DNA of 20,000 nt from an uncultured virus (IMG/VR IMGVR_UViG_2687453182_000005) (Duplodnaviria > Heunggongvirae > Uroviricota > Caudoviricetes). This document shows positions 7,781 through 15,185 of the stretch, in pieces. Numbering within the stretch: position 1 is the first letter of the stretch; the number at the start of each line of letters is the position of its first letter. The stretch lies in the IMG/VR virus record IMGVR_UViG_2687453182_000005, one strand, 5' to 3'. Under the pieces are notes generated by a model. The model worked only from the letters and a program-made list of their open reading frames with translations. It was not told where the DNA came from and ran no database searches. The translations under genes and the position numbers were made by a program.

Positions 7781-7937
7781 GGTATAATTCCCTTATTCCT
7801 AAGCTGTATCAGCAAAAGGAAAGCTAAAAATCAGCTTCCCTTTAATACTGGTTATTGATACAGTGTATTTGTTAGTTGAACAGACCTAATTGTTCTTCTC
7901 TAAAGGCCTCAGTTGTTCCAGCAATTGAGGCTTTTTC
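7780..7937 (+). ncRNA. Putative oop-like antisense RNA to cII, with its promoter and terminator
   Basis: Extended -10 TGgTATAAT at 7780-7788; terminator GCCTCAGTTGTT-CC-AGCAATTGAGGC-TTTTT at ~7905-7936 inside the 3' end of cII, as for lambda oop. Confidence 0.6.
7848..7863. promoter_or_regulatory. LexA (SOS) box
   Basis: CTG-GTTATTGATA-CAG; minus strand caCTGTATCAATAACCAGta matches CTGT-N8-(A/C)CAG. Confidence 0.75.
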
Positions 7938-8252
7938 ATATGCATGAACTTGAAGTTTTAATCTCGATAGTTCAGCCATATTTTCTAAATAGAGTTTGTA
8001 GTCTGATTCTCTGATAACCTTCTCTCCTTCCCTCACAAAACCAATTACACGACGTGTAGCAAGCATTTCGCATACACCATCAATAGATTGGATTCTTCTT
8101 GAGATAGTCGAGTCTGAGCGCGATGTGGCTTGTGCAATTTCTCGCTGATCCCCATCACGTAATATTTGAAGTGCGCTACTTACTAAGTGGCGTGTTCTAA
8201 ATTCAATAGCTCGTTTGTCACGAACTGTTTTGCATGTGTTTCCGTATTCCAT
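7872..8252 (-). CDS. cII: CII-like transcriptional activator
   Basis: Lies between cro and O; MEYGNT-type start; HTH QREIAQATSRSDSTISRR; oop terminator in its 3' end. Confidence 0.8.
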   Translation of the reverse strand: MEYGNTCKTVRDKRAIEFRTRHLVSSALQILRDGDQREIAQATSRSDSTISRRIQSIDGVCEMLATRRVIGFVREGEKVIRESDYKLYLENMAELSRLKLQVHAYEKASIAGTTEAFREEQLGLFN

Positions 8253-8379
8253 TTGTTAAATTCCTTCTTAGATTACTTCCCATATTGGGAACAGCAGTAA
8301 TGATCCGTGGCTCACTCCATATGAGCGGATTGTTGATAATAATTTGCCGATTGAGGTCAAAAGGCACTGCACGAATTTT

Positions 8380-8388
8380 TAAAGAGCG
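8380..8388 (-). promoter_or_regulatory. nutR boxA
   Basis: Minus strand CGCTCTTTA, the consensus boxA, just after the cro stop and followed by hairpins. Confidence 0.85.
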
Positions 8389-8395
8389 GGTGAAG

Positions 8396-8623
8396 CTAAG
8401 CGGCCAGTTCAGGCCAATTTTTTATCCAATCAGTTGGGTATAGGTCTTTTCTAGTTACTTTTGAATTGCTGTTTTTTTCGATTAATACGCAAAGCTCTGT
8501 TCCTAGTTTTGAACCTTTAGAAATTGCCTTTCTTAGGTACCCGATAGTTGTTCCGCATTTATTGGCGAACTTTTCCTGTTCGGATACGGAAAGGGAATTT
8601 AAAAACATCCGTAACTTTTCCAT
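8396..8623 (-). CDS. cro: Cro-like repressor (YdaS/Cro HTH, 75 aa)
   Basis: MEKLRMFLNSL...FANKCGTTIGYLRKAIS...VTRKDLYPTDW..WPEL; divergent from cI; start moved to 8623 (AAGGA SD). Confidence 0.88.
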   Translation of the reverse strand: MEKLRMFLNSLSVSEQEKFANKCGTTIGYLRKAISKGSKLGTELCVLIEKNSNSKVTRKDLYPTDWIKNWPELAA

Positions 8624-8653
8624 TTTTTTTCCTTTTTTACCTAAGCACTGATA

Positions 8654-8724
8654 AATATACCCATAGGTAAACAAAATATCAATACCTACAGGCAATTTAC
8701 CAGAAGGTATTTTTGATAGATGAT
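8654..8724. promoter_or_regulatory. OR operator region with pR and pRM
   Basis: Operators of consensus TACC-N4-GGTA: 8658-8669, 8683-8694 (TACCTACAGGCA), 8698-8709. pR (minus): TTGATA-17-TATATT (8682..8654). Putative pRM (plus): TTTACC-17-GATGAT, placing +1 near the cI ATG. Confidence 0.85.
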
Positions 8725-8730
8725 TTAGTT

Positions 8731-9429
8731 ATGAAAGATGAAAATGATTTGTATGAAAAAAGACGTCAAAAGCTAGCTGAACTTGTTTCCCGATATGAGA
8801 CGCAAGAAGAGTTTTCTCGTGTCATAGGCAAAGATAAATCATATGTATCTAGGATGCTGTATCCACCGACAAAGGCTGGTTACAAGAGAATTGGGGATAA
8901 GATGGTTTTAGCTATTCAGAAAGCATTAGGGCTCCCTTCTGGATGGATGGATGGTATAACAGAATCAGAATTCACCCCACCGCAACATAATGATAAGTTC
9001 AAGGTTGAAATACTAGACGTAGAGGCAAGTGCAGGCGCTGGCGTGATGGTTATCGATGATTTTATCGAGACTATCACGGCTATTGAGTATTCAGCGGATG
9101 AAGCAAAAAGATTATTCGGTGGAAGACCTTCAAATACGATAAAGATGATCACTGTAAAAGGTGATTCGATGGCTGAAACGTTCGAACCTAGGGATCAGAT
9201 ATTCGTAGATATAACCACAAACTTTTTTGATGGTGATGGGATTTATGTGTTCGTATTGGATAACCAGCTCTACATAAAGCGATTGCAGAAACAGTATAAG
9301 CGCCTAGCAGTTATATCTGACAACCCTAGATATGAAACTTGGTATCTGGACGAAGATGCTATTAATGGGCTTTATATATGCGCTAAGGTGCTAGTTAGCC
9401 AGTCTATTACCTATAAGTTCCACGGCTAA
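8731..9429 (+). CDS. cI: CI repressor (HTH plus S24 autopeptidase)
   Basis: N-terminal HTH; ASAG cleavage site; catalytic GDSM Ser and IKRL Lys. ATG at 8731 has no SD and is probably leaderless. Confidence 0.95.
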   Translation: MKDENDLYEKRRQKLAELVSRYETQEEFSRVIGKDKSYVSRMLYPPTKAGYKRIGDKMVLAIQKALGLPSGWMDGITESEFTPPQHNDKFKVEILDVEASAGAGVMVIDDFIETITAIEYSADEAKRLFGGRPSNTIKMITVKGDSMAETFEPRDQIFVDITTNFFDGDGIYVFVLDNQLYIKRLQKQYKRLAVISDNPRYETWYLDEDAINGLYICAKVLVSQSITYKFHG

Positions 9430-9710
9430 CCCAATGGCCTGACGACACGTTTTAGGGTGTGGACATTAAGGTAAAAATATTTTCTTCGCCTTATCAACAG
9501 GTTTTGATAAATCGATCATAAATAAGGGAAATACATCTTAATTTTTATATTCACATAGTGTAAATTATCGCACCACTAAGAAAAGTTATTCACAGTTTTT
9601 CCAGTGAATCACTTGTAAAAGTGAGCTAGAACCATTATATATAGTGTATGAACAATTTTTAAGCTTAGTTCTATTTCACCTTTGCTTGTGGTTTAAATGT
9701 AAATTTACAA

Positions 9711-10103
9711 ATGCAAGAATTTAATATGACTGAAATTGAACAGGCTCGATTTGAAAAAATAGTTAATATTGTTAGAAATACACTAAACGATTTAACTGAA
9801 TTATTTGTAGAATTTGGTATTGATGGAATGCATGAGTTAACAGATCCATCAATTGAGCAACTGAAAAAATTAGTTTCTCAAATGAATGGATATGCGAATG
9901 CATACGAAAAACATCTTTTATCTTCCGATGATGAAAATGCAATTTCAGCTAGAATGCTCCTACAAAATGTAAAACAAGGTTTGTTATACGCTGAATCCTT
10001 GCTGATTGGTGTTGAGAAATTCAATATCGATGCTTGCAATAAAGCGCATGATGATATCAGAAAAAATACATTGATAACCCCAATGTGGAACAATCCTGAA
10101 TAA
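9711..10103 (+). CDS. All-helical hypothetical protein (125-130 aa) at the rexAB position
   Basis: Low-GC ORF between cI and OL; candidate promoter TTGTAA-17-TATATA at 9613-9641; alternative start at 9726. Confidence 0.75.
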   Translation: MQEFNMTEIEQARFEKIVNIVRNTLNDLTELFVEFGIDGMHELTDPSIEQLKKLVSQMNGYANAYEKHLLSSDDENAISARMLLQNVKQGLLYAESLLIGVEKFNIDACNKAHDDIRKNTLITPMWNNPE

Positions 10104-10162
10104 CTTAAATGAGGTAAGCCACTGCATCAATCAAGATGTGATGGAATGATGAGGAACATACT

Positions 10163-10267
10163 ATGACACAATTAAACAAATTATATGCCAGTGCATTAAA
10201 GCTTGAAAAAATTATGAGCGAAATCAAAGAACGTGCAGCTACTAAACGTAGTAAAAAAGTTGCGTAA
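10163..10267 (+). CDS. 34-aa basic microprotein MTQLNKLYASALKLEKIMSEIKERAATKRSKKVA (not in ORF track)
   Basis: GAGGA SD at 10151-10155, 7 nt before the ATG; double TAA stop; followed by a terminator. Confidence 0.65.
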   Translation: MTQLNKLYASALKLEKIMSEIKERAATKRSKKVA

Positions 10268-10291
10268 TAACTGGTAGACCCATAGATTTAT

Positions 10292-10319
10292 AAAAAGCCC
10301 TCCTCGCGAGGGCTTTTTT
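10292..10319 (+). terminator. Immunity-region terminator (probably bidirectional)
   Basis: AAAAAGCCCTC-CTCGC-GAGGGCTTTTTT. Confidence 0.88.
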
Positions 10320-10391
10320 GTACCCTCTCCCCTCCAAAGAAGTGATCTCCATTCCAATCTGAGATTTATTTGAAAATAAATTACCTGAAAA

Positions 10392-10466
10392 ATCATATAG
10401 GTAAACATTAATCACCAACATTGTTTACCTATGGGTATTTACTTTTAAATTACCTGTAGGTATATT
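10392..10466 (+). promoter_or_regulatory. OL operators and pL
   Basis: TACCTATGGGTA (10426-10437; its 17-bp context is the exact reverse complement of the OR site at 8657-8673), TACCTGTAGGTA (10451-10462), degenerate site at 10392-10403; pL TTTACT-17-TATATT (10438-10466). Confidence 0.88.
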
Positions 10467-10505
10467 TAATCACATCAAAGGCAAGCAACATGAAATACAG
10501 CCTAA

Positions 10506-10518
10506 TGTTCTTTAACAA
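10506..10518 (+). promoter_or_regulatory. nutL boxA
   Basis: TGTTCTTTAACAA about 35 nt after the pL start, followed by hairpins. Confidence 0.75.
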
Positions 10519-10741
10519 TTTGGAAAGTCGAAACAGCATACCTGCCCTGTTTAGACCCTTACGCAAAAATGCGACGTATCACTAGGCACGATCTGGCTAG
10601 TGAGAATGTTACTACTGCACGAGAGTGATAACAGATAGGAATAGGCAACACTGGCAGATGTTAGGTATGTAAGCGCAAGAATACTAATTATAGGTCATTC
10701 AATGAGTGACCTATGGTAAGTAAAAGAATAACGGAGGTTAT

Positions 10742-11053
10742 GTGGAAATTTACTATCAACCACCAAAGAAATTTAAAGGCAATCCAACACCAGTTAGCGT
10801 TAAGAAAGTTAACAGTAACTCATTCAAGGCTAGGCAATATGCTAGATATGCCTCTTTCAGAGCTAACAAACTGAAAGAAGAAGAAATTACTAAAGCTAAC
10901 TCAGTGAAAGAGAAGAAAGAACGCCCTGTTCTCTCTCTCAAACCAACAAAGCATTATCCAAGTGGAGATAACTGTTGCTTACCTAATGTAGCAGTATTTT
11001 CAGGAGTTAAAACAAAACAGCCGAGCAGTGAGTTCGGGGTTACGGCGAGATAA
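10742..11053 (+). CDS. N: Antitermination protein N (P22 gp24/phi21 type)
   Basis: First pL gene; Arg-rich NSFKARQYARYASFR; C-terminal CLPNVAVFSG...VTAR typical of this N family; GGAGG SD. Confidence 0.85.
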   Translation: MEIYYQPPKKFKGNPTPVSVKKVNSNSFKARQYARYASFRANKLKEEEITKANSVKEKKERPVLSLKPTKHYPSGDNCCLPNVAVFSGVKTKQPSSEFGVTAR

Positions 11054-11068
11054 AATAGGAGAAGTAAG

Positions 11069-11221
11069 ATGAAATTTGAAGATTTACCAGTAAAAATTCA
11101 AGAGATTGCAAGCCAAACATTGGCATGTTTAATAACCAATAACAATCCAGATAAAGAGCAAGCAGAAGAACTTGCTCGCTCTGTGGCAGTGGCTTTTATA
11201 AAGCTATATCAAGACAATTAA
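11069..11221 (+). CDS. 50-aa hypothetical protein (not in ORF track)
   Basis: AGGAG SD; MKFEDLPVKIQEIASQTLACLITNNNPDKEQAEELARSVAVAFIKLYQDN; its stop overlaps the convergent stop in TTAA. Confidence 0.7.
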   Translation: MKFEDLPVKIQEIASQTLACLITNNNPDKEQAEELARSVAVAFIKLYQDN

Positions 11222-11403
11222 TTATCTTTAAGTTTTTTAAAGTAATTAGTAAAACTTTGGTGAGCAAATATGATCGACTCAACTGTTGATCTTGACGCCG
11301 CTCCATTAATCATGGCTGTTTTTTCAGCCTTAATCAATTCTATAACTAATTGCTGAGCCGCTAATTCAGGGTTTTCTTTTGGATCAATTACTACATCTGA
11401 CAT
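11218..11403 (-). CDS. 61-aa antisense moron protein in the sieB-equivalent position
   Basis: AGGA SD; own extended -10 promoter (TGaTATATT, 11435-11443 minus) flanked by 12-bp direct repeats. Confidence 0.7.
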   Translation of the reverse strand: MSDVVIDPKENPELAAQQLVIELIKAEKTAMINGAASRSTVESIIFAHQSFTNYFKKLKDN

Positions 11404-11417
11404 AAAACATTCCTATA

Positions 11418-11462
11418 TTGACTGTGGAATAACCAATATATCAATTTTCCTTGACTGTGGAA
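11418..11462 (-). promoter_or_regulatory. Moron promoter with the direct repeat TTGACTGTGGAA (11418-11429, 11451-11462)
   Basis: Perfect 12-bp repeats 33 bp apart, covering the -35 and +1 regions of the minus-strand promoter. Confidence 0.7.
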
Positions 11463-11778
11463 AGTAAGGAACCACCTCGCCTGACGTGGCTAAAAGCAGG
11501 CACAGTTAACTAATTACAGTCCATTCTGTGGGCTGTGGTGAGATAGCTTTTTTAGACCAACAAACCAAAGGCGATAAATCGGTCTCGCCTAATAAAAAGC
11601 ACCGTTTTGAAGCGGAGGATTTATGTAAGTGTTCAAATCTAAACTGAGAGAAAAATAAATATTATGCCGACCCTATTCATGGCTTGAATAGCGTTAGCCC
11701 ATGACGATACATGGGCAACTAGCCAGAGTTCATTAATTAGCGGGCCATGGTGAGTTGATTAATAGATAGGAGATAGAG

Positions 11779-12369
11779 ATGGAACCAAGGGATTATCGAT
11801 TTTATAAAATTAGCAAAGAAGCTACCGAGCAAATCAAAAAAGAAACCGACGAAATCCAAGCTAAACGGCAGAAACTACTCAACGAAGCCATTGAAAGCGT
11901 TGGAGCTGAAGGCGTTAGTTTTAGCAATTCATGGGGTGAAAATGGTACGACAATTCGCGCATTTGCTTTTGCTGTAGATAAAGAATTTGATTTTGCAGTT
12001 AAAGAGATTCATCGAACCAGCGAATTAAGGGTTATTCGAGCCAAAGCCAATTCGAAGAAAGGTAAAGAGTTTAACGCCACATTAGACGCGGCGAAAGATG
12101 AACTCAATAAGAAACTAAAAGACTTACCATGCTTTAAAGATTACATCATCAATAAGTTTGATATTCAATGCTGCTCTATTAGCCAGCACGGTAGCGGTGC
12201 TGGAATGCGAATGCTAGAGACGATTGTCGGATACCCACAAACTGATAAAAGCTTTCTTATTTGCGCCATACCAAATCATGAGAGAGGTATGGATAAGCAA
12301 CCAATCATTCCAGATTGCTTTGAAGAGATAACTTACGGCGTGTTTTACGATCTATCAAACAGCAAGTAG
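11779..12369 (+). CDS. Hypothetical protein, resembles Eac-type proteins of P22-like phages
   Basis: AGGAG SD; recalled similarity of the N.K.GK.FN..LD, LP....YI and AIPN...IP..F..ITYG.FYD segments (unverified). Confidence 0.6.
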   Translation: MEPRDYRFYKISKEATEQIKKETDEIQAKRQKLLNEAIESVGAEGVSFSNSWGENGTTIRAFAFAVDKEFDFAVKEIHRTSELRVIRAKANSKKGKEFNATLDAAKDELNKKLKDLPCFKDYIINKFDIQCCSISQHGSGAGMRMLETIVGYPQTDKSFLICAIPNHERGMDKQPIIPDCFEEITYGVFYDLSNSK

Positions 12370-12403
12370 CACCGTATTTAGTTAATAACGGAGGGAGTAT
12401 GAC

Positions 12404-12568
12404 ATGCCAATGTTCAAAGTAACTTGCAAATGGAATGGTAAGCCTTGGGAAAAAGATATTGAAGCAGAAAATGAAAGTGATTGTGCCGAGCATGTTTATT
12501 TATGGGCAGTAATTGGAGCTAAAGCCAATATCACGGAATTAGACATCAAAGAAATACCTCTGCAGTAA
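12404..12568 (+). CDS. 54-aa hypothetical protein (not in ORF track)
   Basis: GGAGGGAG SD; MPMFKVTCKWNGKPWEKDIEAENESDCAEHVYLWAVIGAKANITELDIKEIPLQ. Confidence 0.65.
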   Translation: MPMFKVTCKWNGKPWEKDIEAENESDCAEHVYLWAVIGAKANITELDIKEIPLQ

Positions 12569-12632
12569 CCCATCACTTAATCATTCATATCGCTATTAAT
12601 AGTGAGGAATACGCACATAAGGAACATAGGAA

Positions 12633-12824
12633 ATGGCAAATGATAATAACGGCTGGATTCGCTGTGATGATGAACTTCCGTTAGCAAGTAAACGAGTTCT
12701 TATCACAACAATATACGGAAATGTTGTTGAAGCGAGCCGAGTGAAGGGTAATAGATTTAATCGACTTGGACAAGAAGTGATAGCAACTCACTGGCAGGAA
12801 TTACCAGAACCAGCAAAGCAGTAA
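12633..12824 (+). CDS. DUF551-family protein
   Basis: GWIRCDDELP...ATHWQELPEP signature. Confidence 0.8.
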   Translation: MANDNNGWIRCDDELPLASKRVLITTIYGNVVEASRVKGNRFNRLGQEVIATHWQELPEPAKQ

Positions 12825-12877
12825 CCCACCGCACCAACACCAGATAACCACCCTATCGCTCACCTAGCGAGGTAACA

Positions 12878-13054
12878 ATGAAAACTAACTATTACAGCGC
12901 TATGCGTGATTGCATGGCGGTGCGTATCACTACGCCTTTTCTACAACTAGCTCGTCAGGCGGCAAGGATAGCTGTATCGACTAATAACAAGGATGTTTGG
13001 CGGTTGGCGAGTCAACTACAGAAGATGGCTTACGGGAGGAAAGTATGTCACTGA
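12878..13054 (+). CDS. Kil-like host cell-division inhibitor (58 aa, not in ORF track)
   Basis: GAGG SD; ARQAARIAVSTNNKDVWRLASQLQKMAYG resembles the Kil A..IA......W..A pattern; located upstream of the recombination genes. Confidence 0.5.
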   Translation: MKTNYYSAMRDCMAVRITTPFLQLARQAARIAVSTNNKDVWRLASQLQKMAYGRKVCH

Positions 13055-13320
13055 CTATACGTTACACCTATGCAGATATGACCAGTAGAAACCGAAATAA
13101 TGGCACGGAAATAGCCTTTCAGAATCTTAACGATGTCCGCATTGAAACAGAATCATTCAGGGAACTTACTCAGTATTACCAACCTGAGCCGTCAGAAGTC
13201 GTTGATTACATAATTAATCAGTATGACGCAAAGTCACTCGCAGCAGCTATTCATCTCTCAGGACGAGGGGAAGTAGTCGCAAAGATACTCAATGAGTTGT
13301 ATTTCAGGAGGGTTGCGTGA
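13045..13320 (+). CDS. Hypothetical protein (91 aa)
   Basis: Start MSLTIRY with GGAGG SD; coupled to the next gene. Confidence 0.7.
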   Translation: MSLTIRYTYADMTSRNRNNGTEIAFQNLNDVRIETESFRELTQYYQPEPSEVVDYIINQYDAKSLAAAIHLSGRGEVVAKILNELYFRRVA

Positions 13321-13571
13321 TTACCAACACCTACGGACTCAGAAACGACTGGTACGAACGCCAAATGGAACGAGAAGCGTTTGTTAATTCTCAGGAAGAG
13401 AAAATATCAGTTGATGAGGTTATGGATAGCCTACCAGAAGAACTACTGTGCATGGATTTAGCAAGGAAGTTAAACCCAGTATTTGAAATTAGTCCCCAAG
13501 CACTGGATGCAGTTTTAGATGGAATTAGAACGGCTATTCAGATAGGGATAGATAAAGAGGTTTTAGGATGA
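13317..13571 (+). CDS. Hypothetical acidic protein (84 aa)
   Basis: GTGA and ATGA coupling with both neighbours; GGAGG SD. Confidence 0.7.
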   Translation: MITNTYGLRNDWYERQMEREAFVNSQEEKISVDEVMDSLPEELLCMDLARKLNPVFEISPQALDAVLDGIRTAIQIGIDKEVLG

Positions 13572-14386
13572 AACCCGGTATCTATTACGATATTTCAAAT
13601 GAGGACTATCACCATGGATTAGGGATCAGTAAATCTCAGTTGGATTTAATAAGCGAAATGCCAGCCGAATATATTTGGAGCAAGAAAGCCCCTGTTGATG
13701 AAGAAAAAATAAAGGCATTGGATTTCGGGACTGCTATCCATTGTCTTTTGTTAGAACCAGATGAATACAGTAAGCGATACAAGATAGGCCCTGATGTAAA
13801 TCGTAGAACAAACGCAGGGAAGCAAGAGGAAAAGGAATTTCTCGAAATGTGTGAAAAGGAAGGTATCACACCTATTACTTATGAAGATAACAGGAAGTTG
13901 ATGCTCATGAGAGATAGTGCAATGGCGCACCCTATCGCAAGATGGTGCTTAGAAGCTAACGGAGTAGCTGAGAGTAGCATTTATTGGAATGATGAAGATA
14001 CGGATATTCTTTGTCGTTGCAGACCAGATAAACTCATTCAAGATCACCATTGGATTGTTGATGTAAAAAGTTCCGCTGACATTCAACGATTTGACCGCTC
14101 CATGTACGAATATCGATATCACGTACAGGACTCTTTTTATTCTGATGGATATAAATCATTAACAGGTGAACCTCCTGTATTTGTCTTTCTCGTTGTCAGC
14201 ACGACTATCGACTGCGGTAGATACCCCGTTAGAGTTTTCAATTTAGACCAACAAGCAAAAGATATTGGTCGAACAACCTACAAACAAAATTTAAGAACGT
14301 ATGCGGAATGCCTAAAAACGGATGAATGGGCAGGTATACGCACATTATCACTGCCCTACTGGGCTAAGGAATTAAGGAATGAGTAA
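13568..14386 (+). CDS. recE: RecE-type exonuclease VIII, short form (PD-(D/E)xK)
   Basis: [49 protein letters not shown]. Confidence 0.93.
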   Translation: MKPGIYYDISNEDYHHGLGISKSQLDLISEMPAEYIWSKKAPVDEEKIKALDFGTAIHCLLLEPDEYSKRYKIGPDVNRRTNAGKQEEKEFLEMCEKEGITPITYEDNRKLMLMRDSAMAHPIARWCLEANGVAESSIYWNDEDTDILCRCRPDKLIQDHHWIVDVKSSADIQRFDRSMYEYRYHVQDSFYSDGYKSLTGEPPVFVFLVVSTTIDCGRYPVRVFNLDQQAKDIGRTTYKQNLRTYAECLKTDEWAGIRTLSLPYWAKELRNE

Positions 14387-15185
14387 CCCACCATTAGCTC
14401 AAGCTGACTTACAAAAAACACAAGGTACAGAGGTAAAGACCAAAACAAAGGATCAGCAACTAATTCACTTCATTAACCAGCCAAGCATGAAGGCGCAGTT
14501 AGCGGCCGCCCTTCCTCGCCACATGACACCAGATCGCATGATACGGATTGTGACAACGGAGATTCGCAAAACTCCAGCACTTGCAAATTGCGACATGCAG
14601 AGTTTTATCGGTGCTGTTGTGCAGTGTTCACAGCTAGGATTAGAGCCCGGTAATGCCTTAGGTCATGCTTACCTACTCCCATTCGGCAATGGTAAAGCAA
14701 AGTCAGGTCAATCGAATGTGCAACTAATCATTGGCTACCGTGGAATGATTGATCTGGCTCGTCGCTCAAATCAAATAATCAGCATATCAGCCAGAACGGT
14801 AAGGCAAGGCGATAGCTTTCACTTTGAGTATGGACTGAATGAAAATTTAACGCACGTACCGGGTGAAAATGAGGACTCACCAATTACACACGTTTACGCT
14901 GTCGCAAGGTTGAAAGATGGCGGTGTCCAGTTTGAAGTTATGACGCATAACCAAATTGAGAAAGTCAGAGCATCAAGTAAAGCAGGGCAAAATGGCCCTT
15001 GGGTTTCTCACTGGGAAGAAATGGCGAAGAAAACCGTTATCCGTCGCTTGTTTAAATATCTACCCGTCTCTATAGAAATGCAAAAAGCAGTCATTCTTGA
15101 TGAAAAAGCAGAGGCTAATGTCGATCAGGAAAACGCCTCAGTATTTGAAGGCGAGTTTGAGGAGGTGGGTAGTAATGGCAATTAA
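14379..15185 (+). CDS. recT: RecT single-strand annealing recombinase
   Basis: [55 protein letters not shown]. Confidence 0.97.
   Translation: MSNPPLAQADLQKTQGTEVKTKTKDQQLIHFINQPSMKAQLAAALPRHMTPDRMIRIVTTEIRKTPALANCDMQSFIGAVVQCSQLGLEPGNALGHAYLLPFGNGKAKSGQSNVQLIIGYRGMIDLARRSNQIISISARTVRQGDSFHFEYGLNENLTHVPGENEDSPITHVYAVARLKDGGVQFEVMTHNQIEKVRASSKAGQNGPWVSHWEEMAKKTVIRRLFKYLPVSIEMQKAVILDEKAEANVDQENASVFEGEFEEVGSNGN

Noticed and set aside
8230..8243. TTGC-N6-TTCC as the CII site of pRE
   Set aside because: The position is right but the match is imperfect and this CII's specificity is unknown; too weak to call.
8623..8638. Homopolymer runs at the cro RBS as a phase-variation switch
   Set aside because: Runs of 6-8 T are common in AT-rich DNA and there is no evidence of variation.
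10740..10874. Alternative 44-aa ORF from the ATG overlapping the N start
   Set aside because: The ATG is only 2 nt from GGAGG; the GTG frame encodes the recognisable N protein.
11543..11754. Retron msr-msd or type III antitoxin array
   Set aside because: No reverse transcriptase or ToxN-like gene is in the window and there are no tandem repeats; kept only as a generic structured insert.
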